From Amphiscolops sp. MND2022 (taxonomy: Eukaryota): DNA of 64,000 nucleotides. Under the pieces are notes generated by a model. That model had not been told where the DNA came from. It saw only the letters and a list, made by a program, of their open reading frames with translations, and made no database searches. The stretch is from the NCBI GenBank assembly GCA_964187785.1, contig OZ076409.1:91762001-91826000 (forward strand), written 5' to 3'. Shown piece after piece: positions 37,276-51,300 of this stretch; position 1 is the first letter of the stretch; each line of letters begins with the position of its first letter. The translations under genes and the position numbers were made by a program.

Positions 37276-40200
37276 TAGTTAGCAGTAAAAGGTCAAACTA
37301 AACTATTGCGATTATACTTAACCAGAACCAACCAACATTCGATTGCCTAAAAGCTATTTTAAGTTAACATTTCTTGCTCATAATGATAAAATTAATATTA
37401 GCAAGGTCCCATCGTGACATTACATTCTAACAGAATGAAGAATTCTTAAAGTGTTCATTGTTTTCACACGACTTTTGACCTTACAGACTTGCTCAACCCT
37501 GGTGTTTATTATTATGAGGTGCATTTTATCTCAATTTGAACTTCTCTACTCTTCTATACTTCTTTTCCACTACGGATTTTGTAAATATTGTTTTGCCGGA
37601 TCAAATCCTAATGTAAATTTCGAATTTTGTCCTCAAGTTGTATCATGCCCTTTCATATCAATAAAAGTTTGAAGCACTTTTTTCCAGCGTGATGCGGTCA
37701 CCGTGGCGAATTTTTTCTAGAGCCTAGTGATTGAGAAAGAAAGTTTAGTTAAGAGCTTAGCCTTTGCGGCTGCAGCATTATTGAAAGAGTCTCAATGAAA
37801 CACACGCTAGGGTACCAACCTTTTCCCTATCGCAACAAAATCACAACGCTCTTGATCTTTTGATTTTAAAAAAAGTTTGATATAAATAGTCGCCCGTACA
37901 CGAATGTCCCGAATTTCGATCACAATTACAAAAGGATTTATTGTTCCGGAATCAAATGAAACTTACGTCCATTTTATCTAGTGTCGGAATTTTAGGAATT
38001 TTCTGAACTTTGTATCATCTCGAAAACCGCTGATTGTAACGAAAAATGCTGATCCTAACAAAAAACACTAGTTATAGTTTCTGTTGTTAGTTTGAGCAAT
38101 TCTTATTTCTTGATCAGTTTGCTGAGTTAATTTTGAACGCGTTTTCAGGAGCGCTTAAATCAAACAATTAGAGAATATAGTGAAACAAATTTCCTCATGA
38201 GAACTGTTTCAAAAAATGCCGACATGTACGAAAATGCTCATTGGTATATATTTTGTCATTTTTGAATTCCAACAAGAACCTCTCGGGTGGGCGTCCCTGA
38301 AAGCTTAAACATTCCCAAGTCTTTTACATACGTTAAAGAGCTGTCATTATGAAACGTCTACAAAATTTTCTGTGTCAAAAACTAAAAACAGGCGCTAAGT
38401 TGGTTAGCGCAAGGTTTGCGAAGACTCCTTGACTCCAAAGAAACTCAAGATAAAACTCATTTGAAAAAGAACACCGGGAGCTTGATTATGTAACACAGAA
38501 CCGGAATACAAAGTAGACGTACGTGTAGAGCACAAATGCTCTCGAAGATATCGGTCATAGAAAGTAAAGTCTAAAAGTCGCATTTGATCAATTACCATTT
38601 TTTTGTTAGAAAATGTACTACGGAGCAACGTTAGCGGGATAAAAGTTATTCCACGAGAAGGCCCCGGAAGTGCACCAAGAAAATATATTTACCCGTCAGG
38701 CCAGTATCTCGAATGGCTCCGAAGATAATAGTAGCCATTTGATTGGAAATTGGTGTTGAGATTCGACCTATCAAGTTTTCTAACGGAATAAGTCTATATT
38801 GGAACATCAGTGGACAAACTTTTTCTACAGGAAGGTAATCTAGAGTCGTATTGATTTAAAAAAATTAAAACACGTACTCTTCATAGAGGACAAGAAATAA
38901 GGGCTCGAAGTTGAAAAAAATGGTCTATGTCACACTTTTTGACAGAAAAAATTGAAATTTTCCGCTGGAAATTGAGTGGGAATAGACTTCGCTTTGTTTC
39001 GGCTAAAAACATCTGGAGCGGACCTAACCAAAAATAGGGTGCAGAAACCAAAATGGGGACTCTATATTGGAAAGGATGTCATCCAGTGCCGAAGATAAGG
39101 GTGAGACTGTGATGGAATGCAAGCTCTAAAGAAAATTTTAGCACCAGCTCCTTTGTTAATAAACAACCCACATCAAGTTGGAATCTCGAGTCTTCTCAGC
39201 ATATGATCTCACAAGAATGAGTTGAATCGTTCTCGATCTATTCTTTTCAGATAATGTCTACAGCAGGCTGTAGCAGACCTTTTGACCTTTTTGGTACTCC
39301 TTAGTTCTTTATCTTCGAAGATGTTAAAAGCGGACCAGTCGATGTGAACTCTCTGGTCTGTTGAGTGAGAGACAAAAATTGATTACTTTTTGCTCGTTAT
39401 CTCAGCAGAGAACACAACAAAACATTTACCTACATTGGATAACAGCGGGTATGCGAAAAAAATCAGTAATAGGAAGTGAACAATTTTAATCTGCTGCATC
39501 ACAAAAAATTAACAATGTATAAAACTAGTCTAAACTAGTCGCTAGACCGCTAATGACACGTTCCGCTTAGCTCTGCATTTAGGGGACTAGAGGCATGTTA
39601 TTTGCTACCAAAACTTTTGAACGTTTTTCACTGTAACACGTTTTCCTGAAAAATCAAAAAAGATCTTAGTGTCAGCAGAAATGCGACGAAAGTCTGATTT
39701 GGATGTGATGTTTTCTTGATATCGAAGTTACGCTGTAAAAGTCCTGAGACAAAAATGGTTCTAATGGACAATGGATGACATGTTCGCCTTTCTAGGGTGT
39801 TTGGTCAAACGTAATCTGTTTAAAACTTGAAATTATCTCATTATCTGTGACTTGAAGGTGAAAGCTTAAGAGCCAATGTATGAATATTGAGTCTAGTTAG
39901 TTTTAAAGAATCAGCCCTGCAAGTTTCAAGATATTTTGAAAATCCACGCACATCAAGATTTTTGCACATTTCATAGTGTCCATAGGGACAGTAATTGAGG
40001 TCTATGAATTTAGCATATTTGTCATTTTCCGCCCATATTTCATATGGGAAAGGAAAAAATTTAAATCAAACGTTTTTTTAAACAAAATTTGCCAAGCACC
40101 ATTTTATATTTAACTTTAAGGGTGCTACCCTTAGATTTCAACTCACATAAAATTAGCTTCGTGCGATTTAAATTTGTGGAGAGTTCTGGACTTTTTTAGT

Positions 40201-41183
40201 TGACCCCAAGGACCCCAGAATGACCCAAAAAGGACCTCAAAAATGAGAAACTTTCCAATATATGTTTTTACGTTTTAAGGCAGTTTTTGTAAATTTTTTG
40301 ATAGATATCGTAAATTAGAATGTTGAAAACGTTCAACAAGGCAAAAACCCGTTGTCCAAAAGTTTTCTATAAATAGATAATTGCTATTTTGCAGAAGAAA
40401 AAGACCTCAAATTGACACCAAAAATGACAAAAAACAACAAAAATTTGCCGATTTTTAACGTTTTTATGCAATTTTGTCAAATTTTCTATAGACTTCGTGG
40501 ATTAGAATGTGGAAAACGCTCAACATGGCACTTTGTTGTCGAGTAGGCTTTTCCGAAGAGACACCTGCTGCTTTTCAAATGAAGAAAATCTCAAATTGAC
40601 ACAGAAAATGACAAAATCCCAAAACTTTCCACATTCCAAAAATTGTATCATTTTTCGTAGAATTTTTGAGTTTTCGTGAATTGGAAAGTACTAAAGGGAC
40701 AATAAGGAAAAGTTGGTTGTCCAGTAGGCTTTTCCGAAGAGTTTATTGCAGTTTTTCAAGTGAAAATGACACGGAAAACGACAAATATCCCGAAATTTTC
40801 AAAAATTTTCTTCATTTTTTGTTAAAGTTTTGACAGACTTCGTGGACTGGAAATTTTTAAAGGGTCAACAAGGAAAGGGTTGGTTGTCCAGTAGTCTTTT
40901 ATAAAGAGACAATTGTAATGTTCTCAATGAAAATGTCTCAAATTTACACCGAGAATGACAAAAAGCCCAAAATTTTTGAATTTTCAAAGATTTCATACAT
41001 TTTTAGGAGTCGGAAAAAATTTTCGACTACTTATGCAATCGTGTTGTTTTTTTTTCTCCCGACCTTTTCATGAAAATTTCAAATTTCTCAAAAACTGTCC
41101 ATACGATTTTTATAAAATTTTGCACAGTCATTCTACACCCAAAGGGGCCCCTGCGTGCGCAATGGCATCAAAATCGTATGACT

Positions 41184-42436
41184 GCGTGGCCGCGTCTTTT
41201 CGTCGGGCTGAAACATGGAGGCGCGGGTAGGGTCCTGCGCCGACCTCCTACCAAAATAAACTCCTCTAGTACGGAAATTCTGATATCGATCTCAAAACTG
41301 GCTCGTACGATTTTCCTGAAACTTTGCATGTGGCCCCCAATTGGCGAGCAATGGAAAAGTGTAGGAGGCCATTTTTCCCAAATTCCATTGTGAGACGAGA
41401 TATGCGCAAAAAACAAACGCAAAAATGGTCAATTTTCACTTTTTTCAAATTTGAGAGTCCTTATCTCGTTTCCAGGTGCCCGGAGCGGTTCGCACGTGGA
41501 CGTCAATATTGTTTAGCGGTGTTGAATGAGTGCGTGGACAAATTTTGATTGAAATCGGATTAAAATTGACTGAGTAATTGCCAGAATTCTGACGCATTTT
41601 GTCGATATTTTTCGAAAACCTAGTCTATCTCTGCCGTTTTTTGCCCAGATTGTTTTCCAGGACCTCTCCTAAAGGCCTCCCCTGGCCGGTTTACCTCCCA
41701 GAAAAACCATTTAGCCCTTTTGCCGCAGTTTCAGCGTTCCAGCACTCCCCGGTGGAAAGATAAATGACTTAGAATTTTTTCAAAAAAATTTCAAAAACTT
41801 TTTTCTCAACTTCAGGCCTCCCAAAGTCAAGGAACTTCCACACAACTAGGATTGCAAGTGAATGCACGTGGAAAGTACTCGGATAGACGAGAAAAATGAG
41901 CTATAGAATGACCCTGTAGGTTAATCTGACGTTGACTTATGACAATTTTAGCTCGCTAGTGAGAAATAAATTGAAAATCGATGAAAGTCTCATCCAAAAC
42001 TCATCGGAATACATTTCATCCATAGTAAAGCAGCCCAAATCTAGCTATATGGTGCAGCAAAACTATTCAAGACCATTTGGTTCATTCATATTAGTTTTGA
42101 CACCGTATTATTCATCCGATAGCACAGAACAGTTGAGTACATTCCATCTCCCTATCGGGGGAGATGAGAATGTACTCGCTAAAGTCCAGATATCACAGCC
42201 CATAGTTGTTTCTCTGCGACACCATCTATGCTATTGCACATAACTACTAATCTATTGACTTAATATTGCCTTCACTCTGCTATGACATATGCTAAACGTT
42301 TGGTCCTTACAACAACATACACATGACAAACGTCAACGCCACATACTGTTACCAACGCCCACCGTCCGTGGGCATGCCGAGGCATGCCCTTCGACGACGT
42401 ATGCCAAATACCAAATGCCACGCTGTCACTCTCTTG
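41184..42436. mobile_element. Unclassified ~1.25-kb insertion splitting a 172-bp repeat unit
   Basis: The unit sequence ATCGTATG(A/G)CTG|G(T/A)TGTGAGAAAC is split by unrelated, more GC-rich DNA; no clear TIR or TSD. Confidence 0.55.
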
Positions 42437-43362
42437 GTTGTGAGAAACATAGCCAAAATTAGCCCAAAAATGGCCGAAAAACAGCCATTTTTCGACTTTT
42501 CTCGATTTTCTCAAAAACTGTCCATGCGATTCGAGCGAAATTTTCTACAGTTGTTCTACACCATATTAGAGTCCTATATGTGCAATGTCATCAAAATCGT
42601 ATGGCTGGGTTGTGAGAAACATAGCCAAAATTAGCCCAAAAATGGCTAAAAAACAGCCATTTTTCCACTTTTTTCGATTTTCTCAAAAACTGCCATACGA
42701 TTCGAACGAAATTTTCTACAGTTGTTCTACACCATATTAGAGTCCTATATGTGCAATGTCATCAAAATCGTATGGCTGGGATGTGAGAAACATAGCCAAA
42801 ATTAGGCCAAAAATGGCCAAAAAACCGCCATATTTCGACAATTTTTCGATTTTCTCAAAAACTGTCCAGACGATTCGGACGAAATTTTCTACAGTTATTT
42901 TACACCATATTAGAGTCCTATATGTGCGATGGCATCAAAATCGTATGGCTGGGATGTGAGAAACATAGCCAGAATTAGCCCAAAAATGGCTAAAAAACAG
43001 CCATTTTTCCACTTTTTTCGATTTTCTCAAAAACTGTCCATACGATTCGAACGAAATTTTCTACAGTTGTTCTACACCATATTAGAGTCCTATATGTGCA
43101 ATGTCATCAAAATCGTATGGCTGGGATGTGAGAAACATAGCCAAAATTAGGCCAAAAATGGCCAAAAAACCGCCATATTTCGACAATTTTTCGATTTTCT
43201 CAAAAACTGTCCAGACGATTCGGACGAAATTTTCTACAGTTATTTTACACCATATTAGAGTCCTATATGTGCGATGGCATCAAAATCGTATGGCTGGGAT
43301 GTGAGAAACATAGCCAGAATTAGCCCAAAAATGGTCAAAAAAGGGCCATTTTTCGACTTCAG
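42437..43362. repeat. Tandem array of ~172-173-bp units (about 5.4 copies) with a 345-bp dimeric period
   Basis: GTGAGAAACATAGCC recurs every ~172 bp; ORFs at 42756 and 43101 are identical and 345 bp apart. Confidence 0.95.
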
Positions 43363-46300
43363 AAGGAAAAAGACCTAAGCCGACTCCTTTACCGCACATG
43401 CGGGCCTGGTTCCCCATATTTTCGACAGACTTCGTCAATTGGATCGTTGGAAAGGGTCAACAGGAAAGATTGTGTTGTCCAGTAAGCTTAGCAAGGAAAT
43501 AAATGCAATTTCCGACGAACATTGTCCGAATCAACATCGAAAAAGACAAAACTTCGAAAGTTTTCCGGTTTTCACTATTTTTGTTCAATTTTGTCAAAAT
43601 ATCGATGGACTTTGGAAACTAAAATGTTAAAACGCCTAAAGCATGGGCAAATTCGTTTTTTTTTGGTGAGCTTTTGTCACGAGATAAGTTGAATTTGTAA
43701 AAGAAAAATGACTCAAATTGACCCTGAATTGTCGATAAAATTGAAGTTTCATTCATTTTTGATACAATTTCTGTACAATTTCCGTGAGATTTCGTATCAA
43801 GTTCCAACACAATCAACTCAACAACGGAAGAACGAGCTAAGCATTTAATTTTTTAAAGAGAAATTTGCAGCGTTTTACTTTTTTGTACAATTTTGGAGCA
43901 CCTTCCTTGCATTAAATGGTTTGAAAAACTCAACATTGACTAATCCGGATATCTCCAGTAGGCAATTTGGGAATATAACTGGATTTTTTTGTTGTAGTTG
44001 GCCTCAAAATCACCCAAAATCCATGAAACAACAAAAAAGAAACATTGTTTGACAATGCCAATGTTTGTTCAAACCCCGAAAGTTTTTGAAGAATAGTGTT
44101 TCCAATGACCTGAGCGTTGAAACGAGGAGATATTCGAAACGCAATGGGAAAAAAGTGGTATGAATATCATCGAGTTTACAACAAAGGTGTCAAAGTTTCC
44201 GAACTTTCTTTTTTTTCGACAACATGGTCTCGATTTTGGACCTTTTCCGAAAATTTACTTCAATCAGAAATACCATTAGCTCAGGATTGAAACGTGTAGC
44301 TAAAGGTAGTGTTTAGTAAAGATATCAGACAAAATTTATTGGCACAACTTTCAAAAACTTTACCTGAAAGTGTAAATTTCGACCTCATTTGTCCAAAATT
44401 TAATATTCAAAACCTCCAAGCTATATCACTACATATGGGGTACACCTTCCAAAGGAAAATGTTTCCAACTACGTGGGTTAGAATGGTGTAAACATTCAAC
44501 AACAACTAAAGCCGGGGTCCAGTAGGCTTATTTTTGAAGAGACATCTGTAGATTCATGATAGAAAAGTTCCTCAAATTGACCCCAAAGTTTTCAAAACTA
44601 TATCCAATTTTTGACACTTCTGCTGAAACTATGTGCAATAAAATAACAAACCGGGATCGCTCAACTTCTCTAAAATTGCAAAAGACCTAGTTTCTAGGTT
44701 TTACCACGTTCTGAGTGCCAAAAATGTTCTCTAGAAATACGTCTGTCACTAGAAAACACTTTTTCCTCAACAAGAATCACAAAAACTCCAATTTGTGATT
44801 TTTTCCGGTATCCTTCAATGATGGCGACACGAGTTTCAGCTCGCAAAACTACTTTTTTCGAGCCGAAATCAGCTATGAAAGCAAGAGGGTACTCTTTGAC
44901 CAAATGAAAGTTTCGGAAAGACGCACAGAGCCGAAAAAAACTGAAAAGAGGTAATTTCCAAAATCAATACGAAACCTCGTCAGATCAAGACCCAGGTAAC
45001 TTATTTCCTTTACAGAAAACCTCAAAAATTGAAAATTGCGAAAATTGTTATTCGAAGTTTATTCTCAAAAAAATTATTGATTATTTTCTCTTTTCTCGGT
45101 ATGTCGCATAGTGCCGAAAAAACGAAAAGTGGCCAGCTATCGCAGAGATTAAAAAATAGGTGTTTTTGAGCCTCAAATTTATGTAGTTGTAGAACAGTTT
45201 GGGGCGGAAAATATCTCGCTGCTCAACGGGCGTCTTGTTTAATTTTCCTCTAAAACCCTTACTAGCAGAGGTTTCAAGTAATCATTTCAGTTAGTGATTC
45301 ATGAAATAGTTACCAGAATAGTTCTTCAAAAAGTTCAATTTGTACTTCAAAAAATTTTGACGTATCCAGAGCATGTTCAACTTTGACAGCAAAGACTAGT
45401 GTGTCTTGTGGTGACAGCGTGCGCATCTTAGCTGAAAGGTCCCAACTCTGATCCCGAATATTCGCAAAAATTCCGAATTCTCTCAACTTTCAAGTATTTT
45501 GTCTGTGTGAAATGGATGATCATCGTGTCGCGGAAATCTCAGCCGCTGAAAAATCAGTAGATCGTTGTCACTTCGCGTCTATTCGGAGTCTCTTAGCAGC
45601 AAATTCGGACTGTTTCATTGATGTGATGCTAACGAGTGTTCAATAGGTAGTTGCTAACTGAAACTTCCTTTGGGTTTAAATAAGAACGCAACTGGTCGCT
45701 ACTGCTCGCAATTGAAGTTATAAAACCAATATTCTAAGATTTGGATGCTTTCAATTCAAATCAAGTTTGCACTTTCCCCGAATCAAAAACTAAAAAAATG
45801 TTCTCAAAATAAAATCTACAATCTCCGGAAATGTCAATGAAGCATTTTATACCGAAATTTTGCAATTTCATTCTTTTGCAGCTGAAAAAAAGAATTTGTG
45901 CGCCTCGGAGTGGCCGGTTCTGAAGAGAATATATTTTTTTGAGATTGGACAATGAACGAATCAAACTTTGAACATGTTACATGACTTCACTGGTTATTAC
46001 GACAGGGAATTTTTTTCCGCGAAATCGATTGTGAAGCCATGAAGCCCGAAGCCTAATGAAGAATACTTGGCCAAAAGGGTCGAAAAAGTTTATCACCGTT
46101 TTCGATAACAATTTTGTCCGATTTCTATTTGAAACGCGTACTGATAACTACATGTTTTAATAGTGCCTGCTTAATTTTCTACTTTAGGAAAACCTTCAGA
46201 AATTGTGAAAAATTCGATGTAATTGTTCAAAATTCAGAATTTTTTTATTTTGTTAACGTTTTCGACTAACTTTATCCATCTTAATCTCCTATTAGCGTTT

Positions 46301-46663
46301 CGAATTGTCTATTGTTTCAACGTTCAGGTCAATGAAAATTCTAATATGGAAAAAACCATGAATGAACAATATTTGGGACACATAAGTCAAAAGACTAGCA
46401 TTAACAAAAACGTACTTGATTCGTGCTTCCGCGTCGTTAAGCAATTTATGTTAAATTAGGTTTTTTATGTTAAATTAGGTCACTCCGAGGTATTTTTCTC
46501 CAACAAAAACTGCCTGCCACAACAGACGACGATCGGGTAAGTATCGTCAGTGATAATGACTTTGACTGTTACAACATTGAAAGCAAGGCCGTCCATACCA
46601 GCCCGAAGGATGAAATCAAACTATAAACTATGGACGAAAAATCTACTCCCAAATCAGGTAACG

Positions 46664-47182
46664 AACAAGCTGGGAACAGCCCAAGTCGGCGCCATATTTA
46701 AGGCTCAAAAGTGACAAAAGGACTTCAAAGTGTCAAGTAATCTCTTCTACAGTACTCGCATGAGGGAAAAATTGAAATAACATCTCCCGAAAATTTTCGA
46801 AGTTTTTTGGACTTCGGTAAGTTGCATAGTGTCGAAAACTGTAAAAGGCCCTTTGGGAGTTTTTGAACATCCATTCTTTTGCAAAATTGGAAAAATTGAA
46901 GCGGGCCCTTTGGAGAGATTGAAAAAATTTCTTGAAAAAATTCCTCACAAAGCCGAAATAACCTGCTGAAAAATTTTTGGTCAAGGGCGAGACTGGAACC
47001 CACGTCCTTCCGCCTAGCAGTCCTCAAAAAATCCTCAAAATCAGAAGCAGAGAAAGCTACTTTAGTGTGACAGTTAGTGGAAGCCAGCTTATAAAGCTTA
47101 TAAAATTGTCACTTCGTTGGTCTTAAAAAAGAGAAGTCACTACTGTAGTCTGCGTTTTTCTACGAAAAGCGCCGGCTAAAAA
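46664..47182 (-). mobile_element. HINE/DINE-1-like element (GTCGGCGC family) with an internal tRNA-like fragment
   Basis: 5' TTTTAGCCGGCGC with partial inverted repeat AACGCAGACTA; 3' GCGCCGACTTGGGCTGTTCCCAGCTTGTT; B-box-like GGGTTCCAGTC at ~46990-47003. Confidence 0.7.
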
Positions 47183-48384
47183 TCCGAAATAACAGTATGC
47201 CGGATGAATAGACTGTTTTATAATAAACAAACCTTAAAATTAGGCGGCATTCCAAAGTGGATCAGCTATAAAAAATGGACTAACATTGTTAGTCGGTGGT
47301 TTCTAAGTTTGTTTTCGTCAGTTCAAAGCAATCTGTCCTTGTTTTGTGCACCGTGCACTTTTAGCGTAAGTACTTAGTACTTCATTTTGATTGCATCCAA
47401 AGCCTCTAACATGGAATTCAAAAACTCAAAACCATTCCAAAGCAGTAGAGTCCCACTGACCTCTTTTTTCGGCATTTTGAGACTCCTCCTGTTCTCGCCA
47501 AAGCTCTTTGACCCTTTGGTCAACACTTCAATAAAAGAAATTGGCGGACCATTCTGGCATTCCAGAGAATAGAGAAGATTCTACAAGAGAAAAAAATTTC
47601 CAACAATTGGGTATTGGGTAACCTTTTTGCAGTAAGACTGTTTTTGCACGAAGCGCTCGTTTCTCAATTTTTAATGCTCTGGCATTCCAGAAACAGAGAG
47701 GAATGAATAACGTTTCTTCCTGGTAGCAGGATGGCAGTTTTTCAAATCAAATGAATCACTTTACCGCCACTGCGATTTTTGCAATGGTGTCACCAATTTA
47801 AAAAAAGTGGGAACAATCGTGAAGACTATGTGAGAGAAACTAGTCTCAGCTGATGAATCATCAATCTCAATGAATTGATGCTTTAGTTTTCTGGAAAGAT
47901 TTTATAAAAGAAAGAATAAATTTTTCAAGAATTGCCGATAAGGAAGAAATAGGGTTCTCTTTCGTGGTAAGTTATCTTTTTCGTGGTGTTACTTTTTCAA
48001 CAAAACAAGATACTGTTGACGTGGCAAATTTGGGCATATCAGTGACGTACTGCAATTTTATTGGCTAACCGTAAAGAGTTTTCCTTAAATTTGCAATAAA
48101 AGCAATCATCAATAACATATCAGATAGCAAACAATCCATAAAATACAAGGAATAGCGATAATGTATCGGAAAGTAGCAATAAACTGGATATTAGGACATT
48201 TTTGACGATATATTATCAATTTTGTAACATTTGAACATCATTTCCAAAAATTCGAATAAAATCTGAAATTTAAAAATTTCGTTTCCAAGAAATATGTTCG
48301 TAACATACACCGCCCGCCTTGATTCATTCGAATCAAGATGAGTTTGTGAAGATCAGAGCAGATCAAGATATGGGAGAAGGTTTT

Positions 48385-51300
48385 TTAGTCAGAAGGTAGA
48401 GGCAGTTTTTTGAGTTTGTGTACAGCTCTGTTGTAGATTCCAGATTGCGTTCGAACTTTGACAACTCGCACAAAATTGTCAGGACCACTATATATACATA
48501 TAAATGAGATGCGTCCCAACGGCCACTGTAAAGGCCCCACATTGTCATCTGTGATGAAGACAACATCACCAACTTTCAAATTGGTAACTTCCTTGCCCCA
48601 CTTTTTCCTGTCCTGTAAAGACGTCACGTATTCTTTGTGCCAACGCTTCCAGAAATGTAAGAGCACGTTTTGAATATGCGCCCATCTAGCTGTTGAAGTA
48701 CAGTTGGCAACATCGTTTTTCCTTGGAGTTTCTATTGTCGGGAAAGTTTCGAGTTCCGTTCCGCACATTAAATGCGCAGGCGTTAAAATGTCACTGTCTG
48801 TTGGATCTTCGGAAAGAGCACCAATCGGACGCGAATTCAAAATACTCTCAACCTGACAAAATAAAGTTGTCAGTTCTTCAAAAGTTTGGACGTGATTTCC
48901 CATTGTGCGCCTTAAATGATGTTTCGCGCTTTTTATACCAGCCTCCAACAAGCCTCCAAAATGAGGGGCATTAGGAGGTATAAAATTCCATCCAATTAAA
49001 AGGCCAGCCGCTGCTGCCTGCAGAGAATCTTGGTATTTTGCGTTTAAGATTTTCTGCAACATTTCAAGTTCAGATTGTGAACCAGTAAAGTTTGTGGCAT
49101 TATCTGAGTACAATTTCCTGGGACAACCACTTCGTGACGTGAAACGTCGTAGTGCCGCATTACAAGCATTTGTTGTTAGGTCTGACACAAGCTCCAAATG
49201 TATAACCTTACATGCAAAGCAGACAAATAACGCTAGACAGGCCTTGTTGTTGTCCGATCCGGACACTTTTAAGTAAAAAGGACCACCGAAATCTAATCCT
49301 ACGTCCTCAAAAGCTCTTGTTGGTATACTTATTCGTTCTTTTGGTAAGTCACTCATTTGCGGTTCCTCCTTGTTACCAATAAAACGCGAACATGTCACGC
49401 AATTCAGAATCAATTTTCGCACTTAATTTCTGCAACCTGGTATCCAGAAACGAGTTCTTATTTGCGCAATAGTTTGTGTGGCTCCTCCGTGTAAAGTGGA
49501 GTGATGAGCGTCTAAGATGACCAGTCTTGGATACTTTCGTCTGGAAGGTCAGCTTGCGCTAGCCGGCCACCCACACACAGAATACCTTCATGCAGGAACG
49601 GATAAAGTTTACTCAGTTTGCTCTGCGGCTTTACTTGTGTCTTTGTCTCAAGCGTTTTAATTTCAGTAGAGAAAAACTTGTACTGCTCCTGGCGTAGTAA
49701 GGTTTCTGAAGCTTCTTGCATCTCTGTTGGCGTTGGAAAATTGCTAAAATTTGTTTTCTTGCGTTTACACTTATCAATGAATCGCCTGATTTGGACTATC
49801 CGAAGCGTTTTTCGAAAAGAATTTTGCTCACGTAAGTTGATTACATCACCGCTGTGATCTTTTGGTTCTTTAATTGCGTTGCAAGCGTTCGAATTGTCCT
49901 AGCGCAGTGTTTCTTTTCTTCACTTGTGCCTTGCAGCGAAAACGGTTCGTGAAAGTTTTCTGTAGTTAGCCACTGAGGGCCTGACCACCACAAGGAACAA
50001 TTTTTCAACTTCGATGGATCAATACCTCTTGACGCAAAGTCAGCTGGGTTGTCATGCGTACCTACGTGACTCCATTCCAGGAAGTCAATTTCTTGAATTT
50101 TTGCAACTCCGTTGGCTACAAACGTTGACCAGCAGTTGGCTTCAGCCGCCAGCCAGCTTAACACTATTGTTGACTTCGTCCAGGCGTAAAACCGCTCAAT
50201 GCGTAACTTCAGTTTGCTCAGACTTTCTGAGACTGCTTTCATTAACTTACAACCTAGCAGTGCTGCACACAGTTCTAAACGAGGAATTGATTGTGATTTT
50301 AAAGGGGAAACTTTTGCTTTGGCAGATAACAGAGTTGCTCTCCGCCCGCCCTTTTCATCTGCGGCTACTACATAAATGCAAGCGCCATAACCAGTCTCTG
50401 ACGCGCCACAGAAGACATGCATTGCAACCAAATCTGTTTGCTTCTCCTTGAGAACGAACCTGCTAAGTTTTATTTCTTTCAGATCTATCGGTCTTGATCT
50501 CCATTCCAAGTAGTTTTCTGCTAAGTTGTCAGGGAGATTGTCATCCCAATCCAGTTTGGCAACCCAAATTTCTTGCATCAAGCTTTTCAACTTGATGCTT
50601 ATTGGCGACAGCCAGCTTAGTGGGTCAAAAATTTTCGCTATGTCACTCAAAACCTGCCGTTTTGTAAGTGCCTTTGCTGGAATTGCTTCGTTAATTTGTT
50701 TTACTTTGAAATGAAATACGTCAAATTTCGGATTCCACACGATCCTCAATGTTTTGATGGTGTGTGTGTCTTGGAGGAATTCGAGGTCTTCGTTCGCCTC
50801 TCGATATTCTGGAGGTAAAGACAACGTGACTTGCGGTTCGCTACACGTCCACTTTCTCAAATCGAATTGTCCCTTTTTCAAAGTGTTGATCAGGCTTGTC
50901 TGGAGTTGTTTAGCTTCCTCTTCACTAGGTGCTCCTGTTAGAGTGTCATCGACATGAAAATCCCGTAGGATTGCCTTGGACGTTTCGCTTGGAGTGTCAT
51001 CAGCCTTTGCACATTCTGATAGTGAACGGGTTGAATGGTTGGAAAAACATGCTACGCCATACGTTACTCTTGTCATGCGGTACGTTTGAACGTCTTCATT
51101 TGGACTAAACCGCCTTATCAGTCTATGGTAATCGCGATGATTTTCATTGAGCTCGAATGGTCGATACATTTTAGCTACATCTGCACTCATCCCGATTTTG
51201 AAGAAGCGAAATCGAATAAAAATGTCAAAAATGTCATCCTGGAGTTTAGGACCTACCATGAGACACTCATTCAACGATATTCCTGAAGTGGTCTTCGCAC

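Larger units (their letters stand above)
41001..43411 (+). mobile_element. HINE/DINE-1-like element (family B) nested in family A
   Basis: subTIRs AGGAGTCGG (41005) / CCGACTCCT (43380), partial inverted repeat TTTTCGACT next to the 5' subTIR, 3' hairpin CCGCACATGCGG, T-run insertion site. Confidence 0.75.
40017..45240 (+). mobile_element. HINE/DINE-1-like element (family A), copy 2, with nested insertions
   Basis: Starts TTTGTCATTTTCCGCCC; ends GGGCGGAAAAT..CGCTGCTCAACGGGCG..TCTTGTTT; colinear (inverted) with 26447-29378 apart from a 2.4-kb insert. Confidence 0.75.

Noticed and set aside
36200..39400. Degenerate coding remnants downstream of the FERM gene
   Set aside because: Some patches look coding-like, but no sustained frame or motif could be supported.
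42437..43362. Repeated ORFs (42323, 42756, 42929, 43101) as genes, or a CRISPR array
   Set aside because: They are translations of a tandem repeat with no unique spacers or protein motifs.
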